Shown here in pieces: positions 26,347 to 38,738 of a stretch of 60,000 nt of DNA. This stretch comes from Malacoraja senta (taxonomy: Eukaryota), in the NCBI GenBank assembly GCA_038087875.1, contig CM075993.1:8124001-8184000 (forward strand), in the 5' to 3' direction. The translations under genes and the position numbers were made by a program. How positions within the stretch are numbered: position 1 is the stretch's first letter; each line of letters opens with the position of its first letter. The notes below the pieces were generated by a model. It was not told where the DNA came from. It did not search any database and worked only from the letters and a program-made list of their open reading frames with translations.

Positions 26347-26665
26347 CTGTCCAAAGCAGAGTCCAGAAACATCATCAATAAATCAATAGGATTTACTCCC
26401 AACCCTCGTGTTCAAGTATTGAACGTGACCCCACTTCCCCGATATCACCATAAACGCCCCATTGAGACGGGGGTTCAGGTGCCCTGCCTCCCATCAATGG
26501 ACCAAAACCATTGTTAACCTATAGCGGCAATAACTCTGTTGGGCATCGAACCAGAGTTCCCCCTTCCCACTTGAGGACCAAAACTAGCTCAGTGGGGGGA
26601 GAGGCTCAGTTCAGTTCCCCTACCCACTCCATTTCCAGGTATTCCCATGTATCCTAGAATGTATC

Positions 26666-27075
26666 GCTAGAATTTAGAAGATTGAGGGGGGATCTTATAG
26701 AAATTTACAAAATTCTTAAGGGGTTGGACAGGCTAGATGCAAGAAGATTGTTCCCGATGTTGGGGAAGTCCAGAACAAGGGGTCACAGTTTAAGGATAAG
26801 GGGGAAGTCTTTTAGGACTGAGATGAGAAAAAAAAATTCACACAGAGAGTGGTGAATCTGTGGAATTCTCTGCCACAGAAAGTAGTTGAGGCCAGTTCAT
26901 TGGCTATATTTAAGAGGGATTTAGATGTGGTCCTTGTGGCTAAAGGGATCAGGGGGTATGGAGAGAAGGCAGGTACAGGATACTGAGTTGGATGATCAGC
27001 CATGATCATATTGAATGGCGGTGCAGGCTCGAAGGGCCGAATGGCCTACTCCTGCACCTATTTTCTATGTTTCTA
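26666..27075 (+). mobile_element. CR1/HER1-like LINE 3' end
   Basis: Near-identical to 22466-23076, in the opposite orientation. Confidence 0.88.
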
Positions 27076-27700
27076 TCCCTGCGGTTGGATGTGATGGGCT
27101 GAATGGCCTGTTTCCAAGCTCAATGACTAGATAGGATGAACGCACAGAGTCTTTTATCGGAATAGATGGAATGAATGCACTGGGACTAGAAAGGGTGAAT
27201 GCAGAGTCTTTTACCCAGAGTAGGGGAATCAAGAGCTAAATGACATAGGCTTAAGGTGAGAGGGGATAGATTTAAAAGGAACCCGAGGGACAATTCTTTC
27301 ACACAGAGGATGGTGGGCATATGGAACGAGCCGCAAGAGGAGGTATTTGAGGCAGGTACAACAACAACATTTGAAAAACACTTGGACAGGTACATGGCTA
27401 GAAAAGGTTAAGAGGGATGTGGGCCAAATGCAGGGATGTAGGATTAGTGTAGATGGGACATGTTGGTCGGCATGGGCAAGTTGACCCAAGGGGCCTGTAG
27501 CTGTGTTGTTGACTCAATGACCAGACTCTCCCCCATCTCTCCTTCCCCCAATTCCTCACAGCCCATTCGCTCCTTCCCTCCCATCCACAAGAGCAGATGA
27601 CAGGCAGTGGGAGGAAGGTGCGGGAGGAGGGCGCCTTGTGCAGCCTCACACACGACAGGGTGGAACAACTCTACGGGGCGGGGAGAAGGTCAGCACTTAC

Positions 27701-27805
27701 TTTGGAAGCGATAATGAGAATACGCTTGCCGACGGGACAGACCACCAGGCGCCACTCTTCAGCCAGGTCAGATGGCACGTCCACCAGCCATTCAGACAGC
27801 ATCAG
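27701..27805 (-). CDS. SNUPN: Snurportin-1 coding exon
   Basis: [35 protein letters not shown], 105 nt, cag/gtaagt boundaries. Confidence 0.95.
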
Positions 27806-30729
27806 CTGCAACACAGAGAACAAGACAGTGTCAAGCAGGCAACTCTCTCACCAGGGCATGAATACAGTGCTCTCTGTCTTGGACAGCACAGTGGCACACA
27901 ATAGTTTCAGTTTTCTTTAGAGATACAACATGGAAACAGACCCTTTGGCTCATCGAGTCCATACCGGCCGTCATCCATACAAGAGTCAAGAGTGTTTTAT
28001 TGTCATATGTCCCAGATAGAACAATGCAGCACAACAGAATATGTAAACATAGCAAGATATGATAAACGAAAGAGAAATGAAAGGTTCAGTGTGTATATAT
28101 ACACACATACTCACAATATATTTATACCAGAAAATAGTACAATAATAATAAGTCTATTGTAGTTCAGAGCTTATATGAGGTTGTAGTGTTTAATAGCCTG
28201 ATGGCTGTAGGGAAGAGGCTGTTCCTGAACCTGGACGTTACGGTTTTCAGGCTCCTGCGCCTTCTTCCTGATGGCAGTGGTGAAATGAGTGTGAGGCCAG
28301 GATGGTGCGGGTATCTGATAATGTTGGCTGCCTTTAAATCCCTTCGATAAATCTATTCGATGGTGGGACTGTCAGAGCCGGTGATGGACTGGGCAGTGTA
28401 CACCAGTTCAACGTTATCTCACTTTCGCATCCTACACACTGGGGACAATTCACAGAGGCAAATTAACCTACAAACCTACACGTCCTTGGATTATGGGAGG
28501 AAACCAGAGCACACGGAGAAAAACCCATATGGCCAAAGGGAGAAGGTACAGACAGCACCTATAGTCAGGGATCGAGCCCGGGTCCTTGGCGCTGTAAGGC
28601 AGTAACTCTACCGCTGCGCCGCCCTGTGATTTGCATTTCTCTGTAGCAGGAGAAAAGCGAATGACAAAGCAGAGGCAGGGGCAGAACTACTTTGCCTGAG
28701 AGGAGACAAGAGGAAAAGCTATGGGATTCAATGGCCCATGAACATTTGGCACAAGAAACCAAACTGGAGAATTGGGAAGAGTCACGAGTTCAGCTCTGAA
28801 GTGTTGATTCTGTTTCTCTCAGCCCCGCTGCTGAACATTTCTAACACCTTGTGATTTTTATTTCAGACTGCAGAACAATCCCAAGTACGTAGAGATTTTA
28901 GACTTTTCCTCTGTGACCATTTGTTTTTCTGTTCTCCCCTGTGGAACTATACCCCACCCTTCTCGTCCACAGCTGGACAAAACCGGCTTCCCCTCACCAT
29001 GCCAGCTCTTCCAAGAGTTCATCCCACCCATTTCCGTGTCAGTTTACACTGTGCCCACTGGGGTGCGCTCTCACTCCCAGGGCACAGGCTCCGTCCGAGC
29101 TCGATTCCCAAGTCAAAAATCCAAACCAAATTCCTGGTGTAACACTCTGGGAGTGCGACCTTCAGATGAGACGCTGCAGGAGCCATTATGTTTAGGCTAG
29201 CTACTATTGGCATATGACTGACTTTGGTGCCTTCCCTCACAGTGGCTAACTTTGATTCTGATGTGTGGGATGTTTTATGTTGAATTCTATCGTGTGTTGT
29301 GTTGTTTATTTTATTGTATGGCTGTATGGTGACCACACATTTCACTGTGCCAACTGGCACATGTGACAAATACATGTATCTTGTATCTTATATTATCTTG
29401 TCTAGATATTTCTAGCAGTATCATTTTGGACACTTGGGGGCGGTCATTTGATGCATAGAGGGTGTAACACATGGGCTTGATGGACAGGGAGTGATTCAGA
29501 CCAGGCACAGGAGGTGGAGAGCACACAGTTCTCAATAGAACGAGAGAACAGAAAGCTACAACTTGTATGATAATAAGGAGAACCTGGTACGTTCATCTCT
29601 TTGTTTGTACAACTGCTTCTATAAAGAACAATTGCTGGAAATAACGACTGGACGATCTGTTCTTTTTTGGTCTGCGTAAGATCACTCCTACGTACCTGAG
29701 TAGTCATGGCAACGGAAAGTTGGACATTGAGAAGTTAGAAATTGCCATTACGGACGCTATACAGGGATCATGCCTGCTCTCTCAACCAACGCAGATGGTC
29801 TCACCGCACTATTCCCCCCCAATCTTGTGCTGCATGGCTCTATTTTTAGTTTTGTCTAGATACAGTGGCAACAGCTGGTAGAGCTGCTGCCTGAAAGCGC
29901 CAGAAACCCGTGTTCAATTCTGACTACGGGGGCTGCCTGTACAGAGTTTGTACGTTCGCCCTGTGACCGCGCGGGTTTCCTCCAGGTGCGCTGGTTTCCT
30001 TCCACACTCCAAAGACGTGCGGGTTTGTAGGTTAATTGGCTTCGGTAAAAAATTGTACCTTGTCCCGACTGTGCGGGGCAGTGTTAGTGTACGGGGTGAT
30101 TGCCGGTCGGCACAGAAACGGTGGGCCGTAGGACCTGTTTCCACGCTGTATCTCTAAAGTCCAAAGTCTATGGTCTATGTCAGCTGTAGGGACAAGTGAT
30201 ACCCCAGAGGCGAAATATACAACAGTGAACATGAGAGTCTGAAGAACCAAAACGTCATCTTTTCCTCTTCTCCAGAAATGCTGCCTGACCCGCTGAGTTA
30301 CTCCAGTTTTTACGTGGGACTGGCCCCGCACGGCCATACGGTGCCCGTACGCCTCATTTGACCAAACGCATGCAGTCGCATGCAAGTGGGACAGGCCCTT
30401 TAGCCCCAACAGTAGTCTGTTTGTTTTCCTTGGACAGCAATGAGTCACAGCAATGTGTGGCAATAAGAGGAACAGGGTCCAGACAAAGGATCACTGCTGT
30501 CCTTTCCCTCAGACCATTTACAGGAAATGTTTACTTTGTGCTTTCTTCGCAACTCCCGGAATCCCAAAACAGTCAGTTTTACAGAAAGGTTAAATGCTTG
30601 CAAACAGGGCCAAGCACTTTATCAACCGAGCCGTTATTTACCCGTGCATAGACACAAAATGCTGGAGTAAGTCAGGGGGACAGGTAGCATCTCTGGAGTG
30701 AAGGAATGGGTGACCCTAAAATAAAATAA

Positions 30730-31390
30730 TTCCTCCAGTTTGATGACCTCGAAAAGATCATCCACACATTTCCTCTCCTCCCGCCTCGATTACTGCAACT
30801 CCCTGTACACTGGCATCAGCCAATCTTCCCCATCCCACCTGCAACTGGTCCAAAACGCCGCAGCGAGACTCCTGACGGGCACCCGAAAAAGGGACCACAT
30901 CACCCCGATTCTGGCCTCTCTCCACTGGCTCCCTGTGCGGTTCCGAATAAATTTCAAGATCCTTCTTTATGTTTACAAAGCCCTCAATGGGCTCGCCCCC
31001 ACCTACATCAAAAGTCTGCTTACCCACCACTCCACCTCCAGGTCCCTCAGATCGGCCGACTTGGGGTTACTGAATATCCCGCGGTCTAGGCATAAGCTCA
31101 GGGGCGACCGCGCCTTTGCGGTTGCAGCTCCTAGACTGTGGAACAGCATCCCCTTTCCCATCAGAACTGCCCCCTCCATCGACTCTTTTAAGTCGAGACT
31201 TAAAACTCATCTTTACTCTCAAGCCTTTCTTTACGTCCTCTGAGGGAGGGCTATATGTATGTATTTATGTATGTACTTAATCTATGAACCACTGTTGTAT
31301 AACGTTAGTACCTCCACCAATGTAAAGCACTTTGGCCAACGAGAGTTGTTTTTTAAATGTGCTATAGAAATAAATGTGACTTGACTTGAC
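30730..31390 (+). mobile_element. L2-clade LINE, 5'-truncated
   Basis: SRLDYCNSLY...LQLVQNAAARLLTG...HITPILASLHWLPVRFRINFKILL; 3' tail aaataaatg(tgact)n; tgaccct on both flanks. Confidence 0.9.
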
Positions 31391-31777
31391 CCTCTAGGGC
31401 CCCGCCCCGAAACGTCACCCATTCCTTCACTCTAGAGATGCTGCCTGTCCCCGCGGAGTTACTCCGGCATTTTGTGTCTATCTTCGATCTGCAGTTCCTC
31501 CATATACATGGGTGTGCATGGGTGTGCAAGGTAAAGCAATCCTGCTGCTGAAGTGGAGGGGTGTGGGGGACGGTGGTTGCACAGTGACGGGACTAGACTG
31601 GCGGCAAACAAAGCACAGCCGTTCGTCTCCTTCAAACCCCCCCCGTCATCTCCTCCACAGGGTGGCCAGGGGCAGGTGTTTATAAACCCCAACATGGACA
31701 AACACCGCACAGCAAGATCCCACAAGCCTAGAAACCGTACACAACGCGGCCCGCACCTCTTCATAAGACCATAAGAC

Positions 31778-32185
31778 GAGTTTAGAAGGATGAGGGGGGA
31801 TCTTATAGAAACATATAAAATTATAAAAGGACTGGACAAGCTAGATGCAGGAAAAATGTTCCCAATGTTGGGCGAGTCCAGAACCAGGGGCCACAGTCTT
31901 AGAATAAAGGGGAAGCCATTTAAGACAAAGGTGAGAAAAAACTTTTTCACCCAGAGAGTTGTGAATTTATGGAATTCCCTGCCACAGAGGGCAGTGGAGG
32001 ACAAGTCACTGGATGGATTTAAGAGAGAGTTAGATAGAGCTCTAGGGGCTAGTGGATTCAAGGGATATGGGGAGAAGGCAGGCACGGGTTATTGATAGGG
32101 GACGATCAGCCATGATCACAATGAATACGGTGCTGGCTCGAAGGGCCGAATGGCCTCCTCCTGCACCTATTTTCTATTTTCTATG
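31778..32185 (+). mobile_element. CR1/HER1-like LINE 3' end
   Basis: MRGDLIETYKIIKGLDKLDAGKMFP...; similar copies at 3230-3720, 6630-7330, 8490-8795, 9183-9500, 15560-15965, 16515-16820 and 57870-58577. Confidence 0.88.
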
Positions 32186-33290
32186 ACATAGGAGCAGAAT
32201 TAGGCCTTTCAGCCCATCGAGTCTTCTAGGCCATTCGATCAAGGCTGATCTAATTTTCCCTCTCGACCCCATTCTCCTGCCTTCTCCCCATTGATCTATT
32301 GACACCGGTACTAACATCGTTCACCTCCATCCCCATATCAGTGACACTGGTGTGAATTCCATGATCTCTTCAACCCAGTCTGGGATCCCGGTCTGACAAA
32401 CAGCACAGTGGCGCAGCGGTAGAGTTGCTGCCTTGCAGCACCGGAGACCCGTGTTCGATCCTGGCTACAGGTGCGGTCTGCATGGAGTTTGTACGTTCTC
32501 CTGTGACCGCGTGGGGTTTTCTCTGGGATCTCTGGTGTAAATATCGAGCACAGTTGATGAACTGGAAGTCACACCAAACAGGTGATGAGAATACCTAATG
32601 AAGAACCTAGATAGAGTGGACATGGAAAGGATGTTTCCAGTAGTGGGAGAGTCTAGGATCAGAGGGCACAGCTTCAGAATAAAAGGATGTACCTTTAGAA
32701 TGGAGATGAGGAGGAATTTCCTTTGCCAGACGGTGGCGAATCTGTGAAATTCATTGCCACAGCCGACTGTCATTGGGTATTTTTAAAGCGGAGATTGATA
32801 GGATTAGTAAGGATGTCAAAAGTTCTATGGAAAAGGCACGAGAATGGGATTGGGGAAAAATAGGTCAGACTCGATGGGCTGAATGCTCCTATGTTTAATG
32901 TAGAAACAGGCTACTTGGGACAGAAAAGAAAAACACAATTTTAAAATGACTGTGGACAACAAATAATTGATATGCACAACAGGCTTTGAGCAAAGAACCA
33001 GCCAAACATTGGAGCCCCAGAATATTAAGTCTGACCCTTATTTTGGTCTCTCCAATGATTCCATCAAATGGCAGTGGGCATGACACTACACTGCCACCTG
33101 CAGTCGGGAAGCAGCACTGCAGCCATCAAATGCCCTTATTTTAGTTTCTGGCACAAGACGACACAAAATGCTGGATAACTCAGCGGTCAGGCGACATCTC
33201 TGGAGAACATGGATAGGTGACGTTTCTGGTCGAGACCCTTCTTCAGACTTGAGCAACAGGTATCAAGAGGGGTAGCAGTGAGAGAGGGTC

Positions 33291-33490
33291 NNNNNNNNNN
33301 NNNNNNNNNNNNNNNNNNNNNNNNNNNNNNNNNNNNNNNNNNNNNNNNNNNNNNNNNNNNNNNNNNNNNNNNNNNNNNNNNNNNNNNNNNNNNNNNNNNN
33401 NNNNNNNNNNNNNNNNNNNNNNNNNNNNNNNNNNNNNNNNNNNNNNNNNNNNNNNNNNNNNNNNNNNNNNNNNNNNNNNNNNNNNNNNNN
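33291..33490. other. Assembly gap (200 N)
   Basis: Run of 200 N. Confidence 1.
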
Positions 33491-33937
33491 TAATAAGCAA
33501 AGAAAAGGAGAGAAGCAAAGAATAAAGGGTCAGTGAGAGCAAAAGTCCAGGAGAAATATGATGGAAGGAAGAGGCAAGGCAAAGGGGCATAACAATGGGC
33601 AATGATAACGTTTAGTTTAGTGACAAAGACCCATCATTTATTTATTTGCCTCTGTACTCCACAATTTCAGATTTGTAATAGGAAAAAAAATCACATGTGG
33701 TGAAAGAGTACATTGTCAGATTTTATTAAAGGACATTTATGCATTTTGGTTTCACTACAAATAAGGTGTGCAAAGTTAGTCTGTACATCCCCATCTCCAG
33801 AAATGAAAGCAAAGAGGTACTTTCAACACATCGCCCCAATGACAAGGGAACAAGGTCCCTGAAGAGGAGATAAGCCATCATTGGAAGTGAGACTCAAAAC
33901 AAAGTGCTAAAGATGAGTGACTTTCTTTCTGACTTAC

Positions 33938-34096
33938 GATTTTTGGATTTCCAGAAGTTTCCGCCTGCGTTCTGTTTGCTCTAGTGCATTGTATTTGGCT
34001 TTGTACTGGCAAGGCGAGGGTGTGGAGCGGCGATGCTGTTGGGGGTCCTGAGAGACTGTAAAAGCTGGCTGACAACACCTGGCTTAGTTCCTCCAT
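33938..34096 (-). CDS. SNUPN: Snurportin-1, first coding exon (IBB-domain N-terminus); contains apparent homopolymer indels
   Basis: ATG at 34096 gives MEELSQVLSASF. After correcting three 1-nt indels it reads TVSQDPNSIAAPHPRLAQYKAKYNALEQTERRRKLLEIQKS, matching the vertebrate SNUPN N-terminus. Acceptor ttgcag before 34104; donor gtaagt at 33937. Confidence 0.9.
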
Positions 34097-35304
34097 AGCA
34101 CAGCCTGCAATAGAAACAACTCACATGGCACCTTGCTCAAGAACAATTCTCCCAGTGACCCGACCGAGAACATCCCTCATTCAACAGCAATGTATAGATT
34201 ATATCACTAGGTTGCTTGCTGATGTTGGCAGTAGCTTGTGGTGTGTAGAAAGGAACTGCAGATGCTGGTTTATACCGAAGGTAGCCACAAAATGCTGGAG
34301 TAACTCAGCGGGTCTGGCAGCATCTCTGGAGAAAAGGATGGGTGACATTTCAGGTCGGGACCCTTCTTCAGACTGGCTTATGGTGATAAACTTGCAGTCC
34401 CACTGCAATACATACTTCTCAAATGTTATCCACTGCTCCAAAGTACTTTGGCACACTCAGAAGGCAGCAAAGGTGCTTTCAGAATGCAAACCTTTCTAAA
34501 TGCAAATTACCGCACCCAAACAAATCCAAACATTTAGGGAATGAAAATCAAAAAAACAAATTGCTGATGTTGGGAATCTGAAATAAAAACCGATATGCTG
34601 GTAACACTCAGCAGGTTGGGCAGTCACTGTGGATAGAGAATTAGAGTCAACCTATTGAATCCCAGAGCCTCTGACAAAATTGAGAAAGTTGTTGAAAGGG
34701 TCTCAGACTAAAAAACATTAACTTTGTCTTTGTTTCCTCAGGTGCTGCCAACCTGCTGAGCATTTCAACGAACGTTTTGGGGTTTGGAGTGGGCAAGATA
34801 AATCTCATTCATATTTTAAAAGGGGTGAAGCGTTGAAGAGGAGAAAGGGGCTGGTGTGTGAGGGGGGGGACAGTGAGGTGATGGCGTCACCATTCCATGG
34901 AATGCCCTAGACCCTAGCTCTGGGCACTGCCAGCTGGGCTGTCAACGAACCCAGTCAGGGAACACGCTGCTCCACCAACTGGTGGGGCAGCGTAGTCTGG
35001 AAACTGCATTGGAACTTTGGGATTTTATCCCAGACTAGTAACTTCCAACTGGTAGACAAAAGTGCTGGGAGAAACTCAGCGGGGGCAGCAGCATTCGTCC
35101 CTGAAACGTTGCCTATTTCCTTCGCTCCATAGATGCTGTTGCACCGCTGAGTTTCTCCAGCACTTTTGTCTAGCTTCGATTTTCCAGCATCTGCAGTTCC
35201 TTCCTAAACAAGTAACTTCCAACTGCACTGTGAGGAGGTAAAACAGATCAACGATTTCATTCATTTGGTATCATCTGGGTAAAGAACTCTAGGCCTCCAT
35301 TTCC

Positions 35305-35778
35305 TCTGCCCTACACCTCATTCCCTCCCTCATTCTAACCCTCTCCCTCCCTACACTTTCCTCCCGTTCCTCCAATTACCCTCACCCTCTACTGCATCCC
35401 TCCTCCCCCACACATACCATCTTCCCCTCCCACCCCCTCCTCCTCTGTTTTCTCACCTTTCTCCTACCATCTTCCCCCTCCCTCCCCTTTTCCCACCCTC
35501 CCCCTCTTTCTCACCCCTATATACCCTTCACCTTACCCTTTCCCATCCCCCATCCTCCCTTCCTACACACACATTCGCCAGGGCCTGTCCCCATCCCCCA
35601 CTCCCTCATCCCCTCCCCTCCCCCCTCATCCCCTCCCCTACTCCCTCCCCTCCCTCATCCCCTCCCCCTCCTCCCCACTCCATCCCCTCCCCTACTCCAT
35701 CCCCTCCCCTCCCTCATCCCCTCCCCCACTCCCTCATCCCCTCCCCCACTCCCTCATCCCCTCCCCCCTCTCTCCCCC
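35305..35778. repeat. C/pyrimidine-rich low-complexity tract with (CCCTCATCCCCTCCCCCACT)-like units
   Basis: Almost no G on the + strand over ~470 bp. Confidence 0.85.
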
Positions 35779-35807
35779 GGACGTCCGACGCTCCCGCTCC
35801 GTCTCAC

Positions 35808-36030
35808 CTCACGTTGCCCACTGCCGGCTCAAGCCGATGGCCAACCAGCGACTACACTCACTCAATGTTCAATTCCTGCAGTAACCGGCCGACCAGCCGT
35901 TTGCCCTGCGAATTAAATCACCGTCGAATGTCGCAAAGCACTAGCTCTTCGGGTTAAGGTATAAATCAAAGATGATAGAAGCACTTTGGTATAAATTGCC
36001 TCTCGCCACCATGTTCATCCAGACGTGCCG
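35808..36030 (-). promoter_or_regulatory. Putative SNUPN promoter and non-coding first exon
   Basis: CpG-containing unique sequence ending in a strong donor gag|GTGAGA at 35807, upstream of the ATG exon, which starts at a splice acceptor. Confidence 0.55.
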
Positions 36031-36992
36031 AGGAGATGATTCATCTTTGCTCCCCTCCCGTGGATCTGTCTTCTGCTAATTCAGTGTATTCTTACAGAAA
36101 ACAAGAAATAACACTGGGTCCAGAAAAGATCATAGAGACTCATGGAGTGCTTAGTTGTCATGTGCCTTGGGACCAGAACAATGAAAGCTTGTGTACGCAC
36201 ATTCAACGCACCAACACAATAAAGAAGAGGGGAGGGGAGGGGATGGGAGGGGGGGGAAGGGAGAAGGATAGGGAGGAGTGGAGAAGGAGGGATGGGGGCG
36301 GGAGGGGAGAAGGAGAGTTCAGTCTACGCTCATTGAATCCATCCCTGTGAAACGTTAGACTTAGTGATTTGGATCTGGAAGCGTACCAATACAAAATAAA
36401 ACTGAACGATTCAGACATCTTTTTATTTGCACAATTGATTTTATTGTATTCATTTTAATATATTAATGTTTAAAATCCATGCATTGAAGGAAGAATATTT
36501 TACAGCCCATCTGTGCGTCCCTAACCGGGCGTCACCCGCAGGACAGCATACGTCAGCGTGTGACAGGGCGCACGACATGAGACACCCTCTGGATTTTGAA
36601 CATTCCAAAATCCTGGGGAGACACCGCACGTCACTACATGCGTCATGACCCGACCACCTCTTTTCAGGCTGTCGCCGAAAATGTCGCCCAAGTGGGACAG
36701 GCCCTTAAATCCTTCACCCCACGGGAGGGGGAGAGAAACTGCAAAGCCACCTGCCTGCATTTGGTCCATATCCCTCCAAACCTGTCCTATCCATGTACCT
36801 GTCTCTATCCCTGTCTTTCTATCTGTCTCCATCTCTGTCTTTGCCTCTGCTCTTTCTGTCTCTCTCTGACCAGTCCTTCCCCACTTGTTCATCAGAAACC
36901 CACCCCCAAATTTGGGCATTGAAGCTCCCCCTAATGCTCCAGTGTAGTGCCAAGTAACAGCCATGTTGCTGAAAGGGTTGTTGTGATACAAC

Positions 36993-37358
36993 ATGGTGTT
37001 CCCGGAAGTCCCACACCAGAAGAGCTACCCAACATCTACTCTCCTTGACCTCGTCCTTACCATAACGACAAGTTCCGTTGAGGCTGAGCGAGGCTTCAGC
37101 CGGCTGAAGCAACTGAAGACCACCATCAGAAGTTCCCTCCAGGACGACCAGGTGACGGACCAGCTCCTTATCATGCTGCATGCCAGTATCATCAAAGACC
37201 TTGATCCCCGGCCAGCCATCAGCTTGTGGCATGCAGGAGGGATGAGGGCAACGAGGCCTGCCACGGGAGAAGACCCAGCTGCAGCATCTGCCTCGGGACC
37301 TCACCCTGACAGTGACAAGTCTGATGAGGATGCTCTGCTTGAGAGCGACTCAAGATGA
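36993..37358 (+). mobile_element. hAT transposase C-terminal dimerisation-domain remnant
   Basis: LLDLVLTITTSSVEAERGFSRLKQLKTTIRSSL...DPRPAISLW (hATC SSxxxERxFS motif). Confidence 0.8.
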
Positions 37359-37743
37359 CAATTAAAGTGACTTTTAGATGTATTTGAACAGCTCTGTCTT
37401 TACTTTGCTTTTCAGGTGATGGTTTAAATATCAAGCAGAAAAGTTACACAAGTTCTCACAAATATAATGTTTCTGTTCATTTGTAGTTGATATTCCCCCC
37501 CCCCCCCCCCCCCCCCCCAAAAAAAGCCACCAGCCATATTTATTGCCCTTCTGGGCAATCTCACTTGCCAAGTTCCATGATTGACTCAATAGTCACCTAC
37601 TTCCATCACTCGTCTTCTTAGTGGGCACAGAGTAAAAGACGTACTATGTACATTCAGAAGTATGGAATAGGCCTGGTCAGGCAATAATAATACAGTAACA
37701 GTATGTTACAAGGAAAAGAAAATCAAAGTACACTTCCATTCTC

Positions 37744-37749
37744 TTTATT
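37744..37749 (-). terminator. Candidate PCLAF polyadenylation signal (AATAAA)
   Basis: AATAAA on the - strand ~0.9 kb past the stop codon, followed by a T-rich downstream tract. Confidence 0.45.
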
Positions 37750-38680
37750 TCTTTTAATTACAAAATCCTAGAGCAGAAGGGATATATTATGTATCTATTT
37801 TTCCCCTCTTGATGTTGTTACTGTGTCTACCTTCAAAGGTGTCAAACAGATCGATACAATTCTTTATCAACTTACCTTGCTGTGACTGGGCACAACAGAT
37901 TGATGATTGAAGATTCAAGAGGAAAAGACCCATGCTATGGGCATGTCATGATACTTTTCTGTACTTCACAGAAAACATGCTTGCATCAATCTGTGGTGTG
38001 CATGGTTAAGCATATATGTTACCATGGTCCAGGTTTTATTGACACAGGTTGATCACACGCTGAATAATCCAACCACATTTTTGTTTGAAAGTGGAAAGAA
38101 ACTAATAGAAATTGCATTCATTGCAACGTGTAAAAAGAGTTCAGCCATGATCACATTGAATGGCGCTGCTGGCTCGAAGGCTGAATGGCCTACTCCTGCA
38201 CCTATTGTTGCTGGCAACAGCAAAAAAAAGTTAAGTGAGAGCCCTGCTATTTCATCTTCCCCACCACCGATGTGAGGCTAACTGGTCTATAATATGTCGG
38301 TTTAGAATTCATGTCTGTTCAATTGATTAGTGGCACATCAAATTATCTTGCAACGGAAAACTAAACACATCAACTATTGTTCCAAGGGAAAAGACAGACA
38401 AGTTTTCTCTTATTTTCCTGTATGAAGACCATTCCGTTCCCTTCCAATAATGTGCAGAATACTGCGTTAAATTAAAATCCAAAAATGGATTAAAACCTGG
38501 ACCAAAGGAACAAGTCAGAATTAAGCATTTTCCTCCACACTATGGCATTTAAATGGATATTTTTAATCGAATTTCTGTACAAAACAAGTCCAAACGACAA
38601 AGTAATCGACATATATACACACATATACACGTCAAGAAAGACATCTTCAAGTATCAGACGTGGTTAAAAGAACACGGGGC

Positions 38681-38738
38681 TCAGTTTTCATCACCTGACG
38701 CAGCTTCATCCGAAGACCCTGCAGACAGAGTACGTGCC
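38681..38738 (-). CDS. PCLAF: PCLAF exon 4 (last coding exon)
   Basis: Acceptor ctcaaccag, then (R)ARTLSAGSSDEAASGDEN* in the expected phase; acidic C-terminus. Confidence 0.8.
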
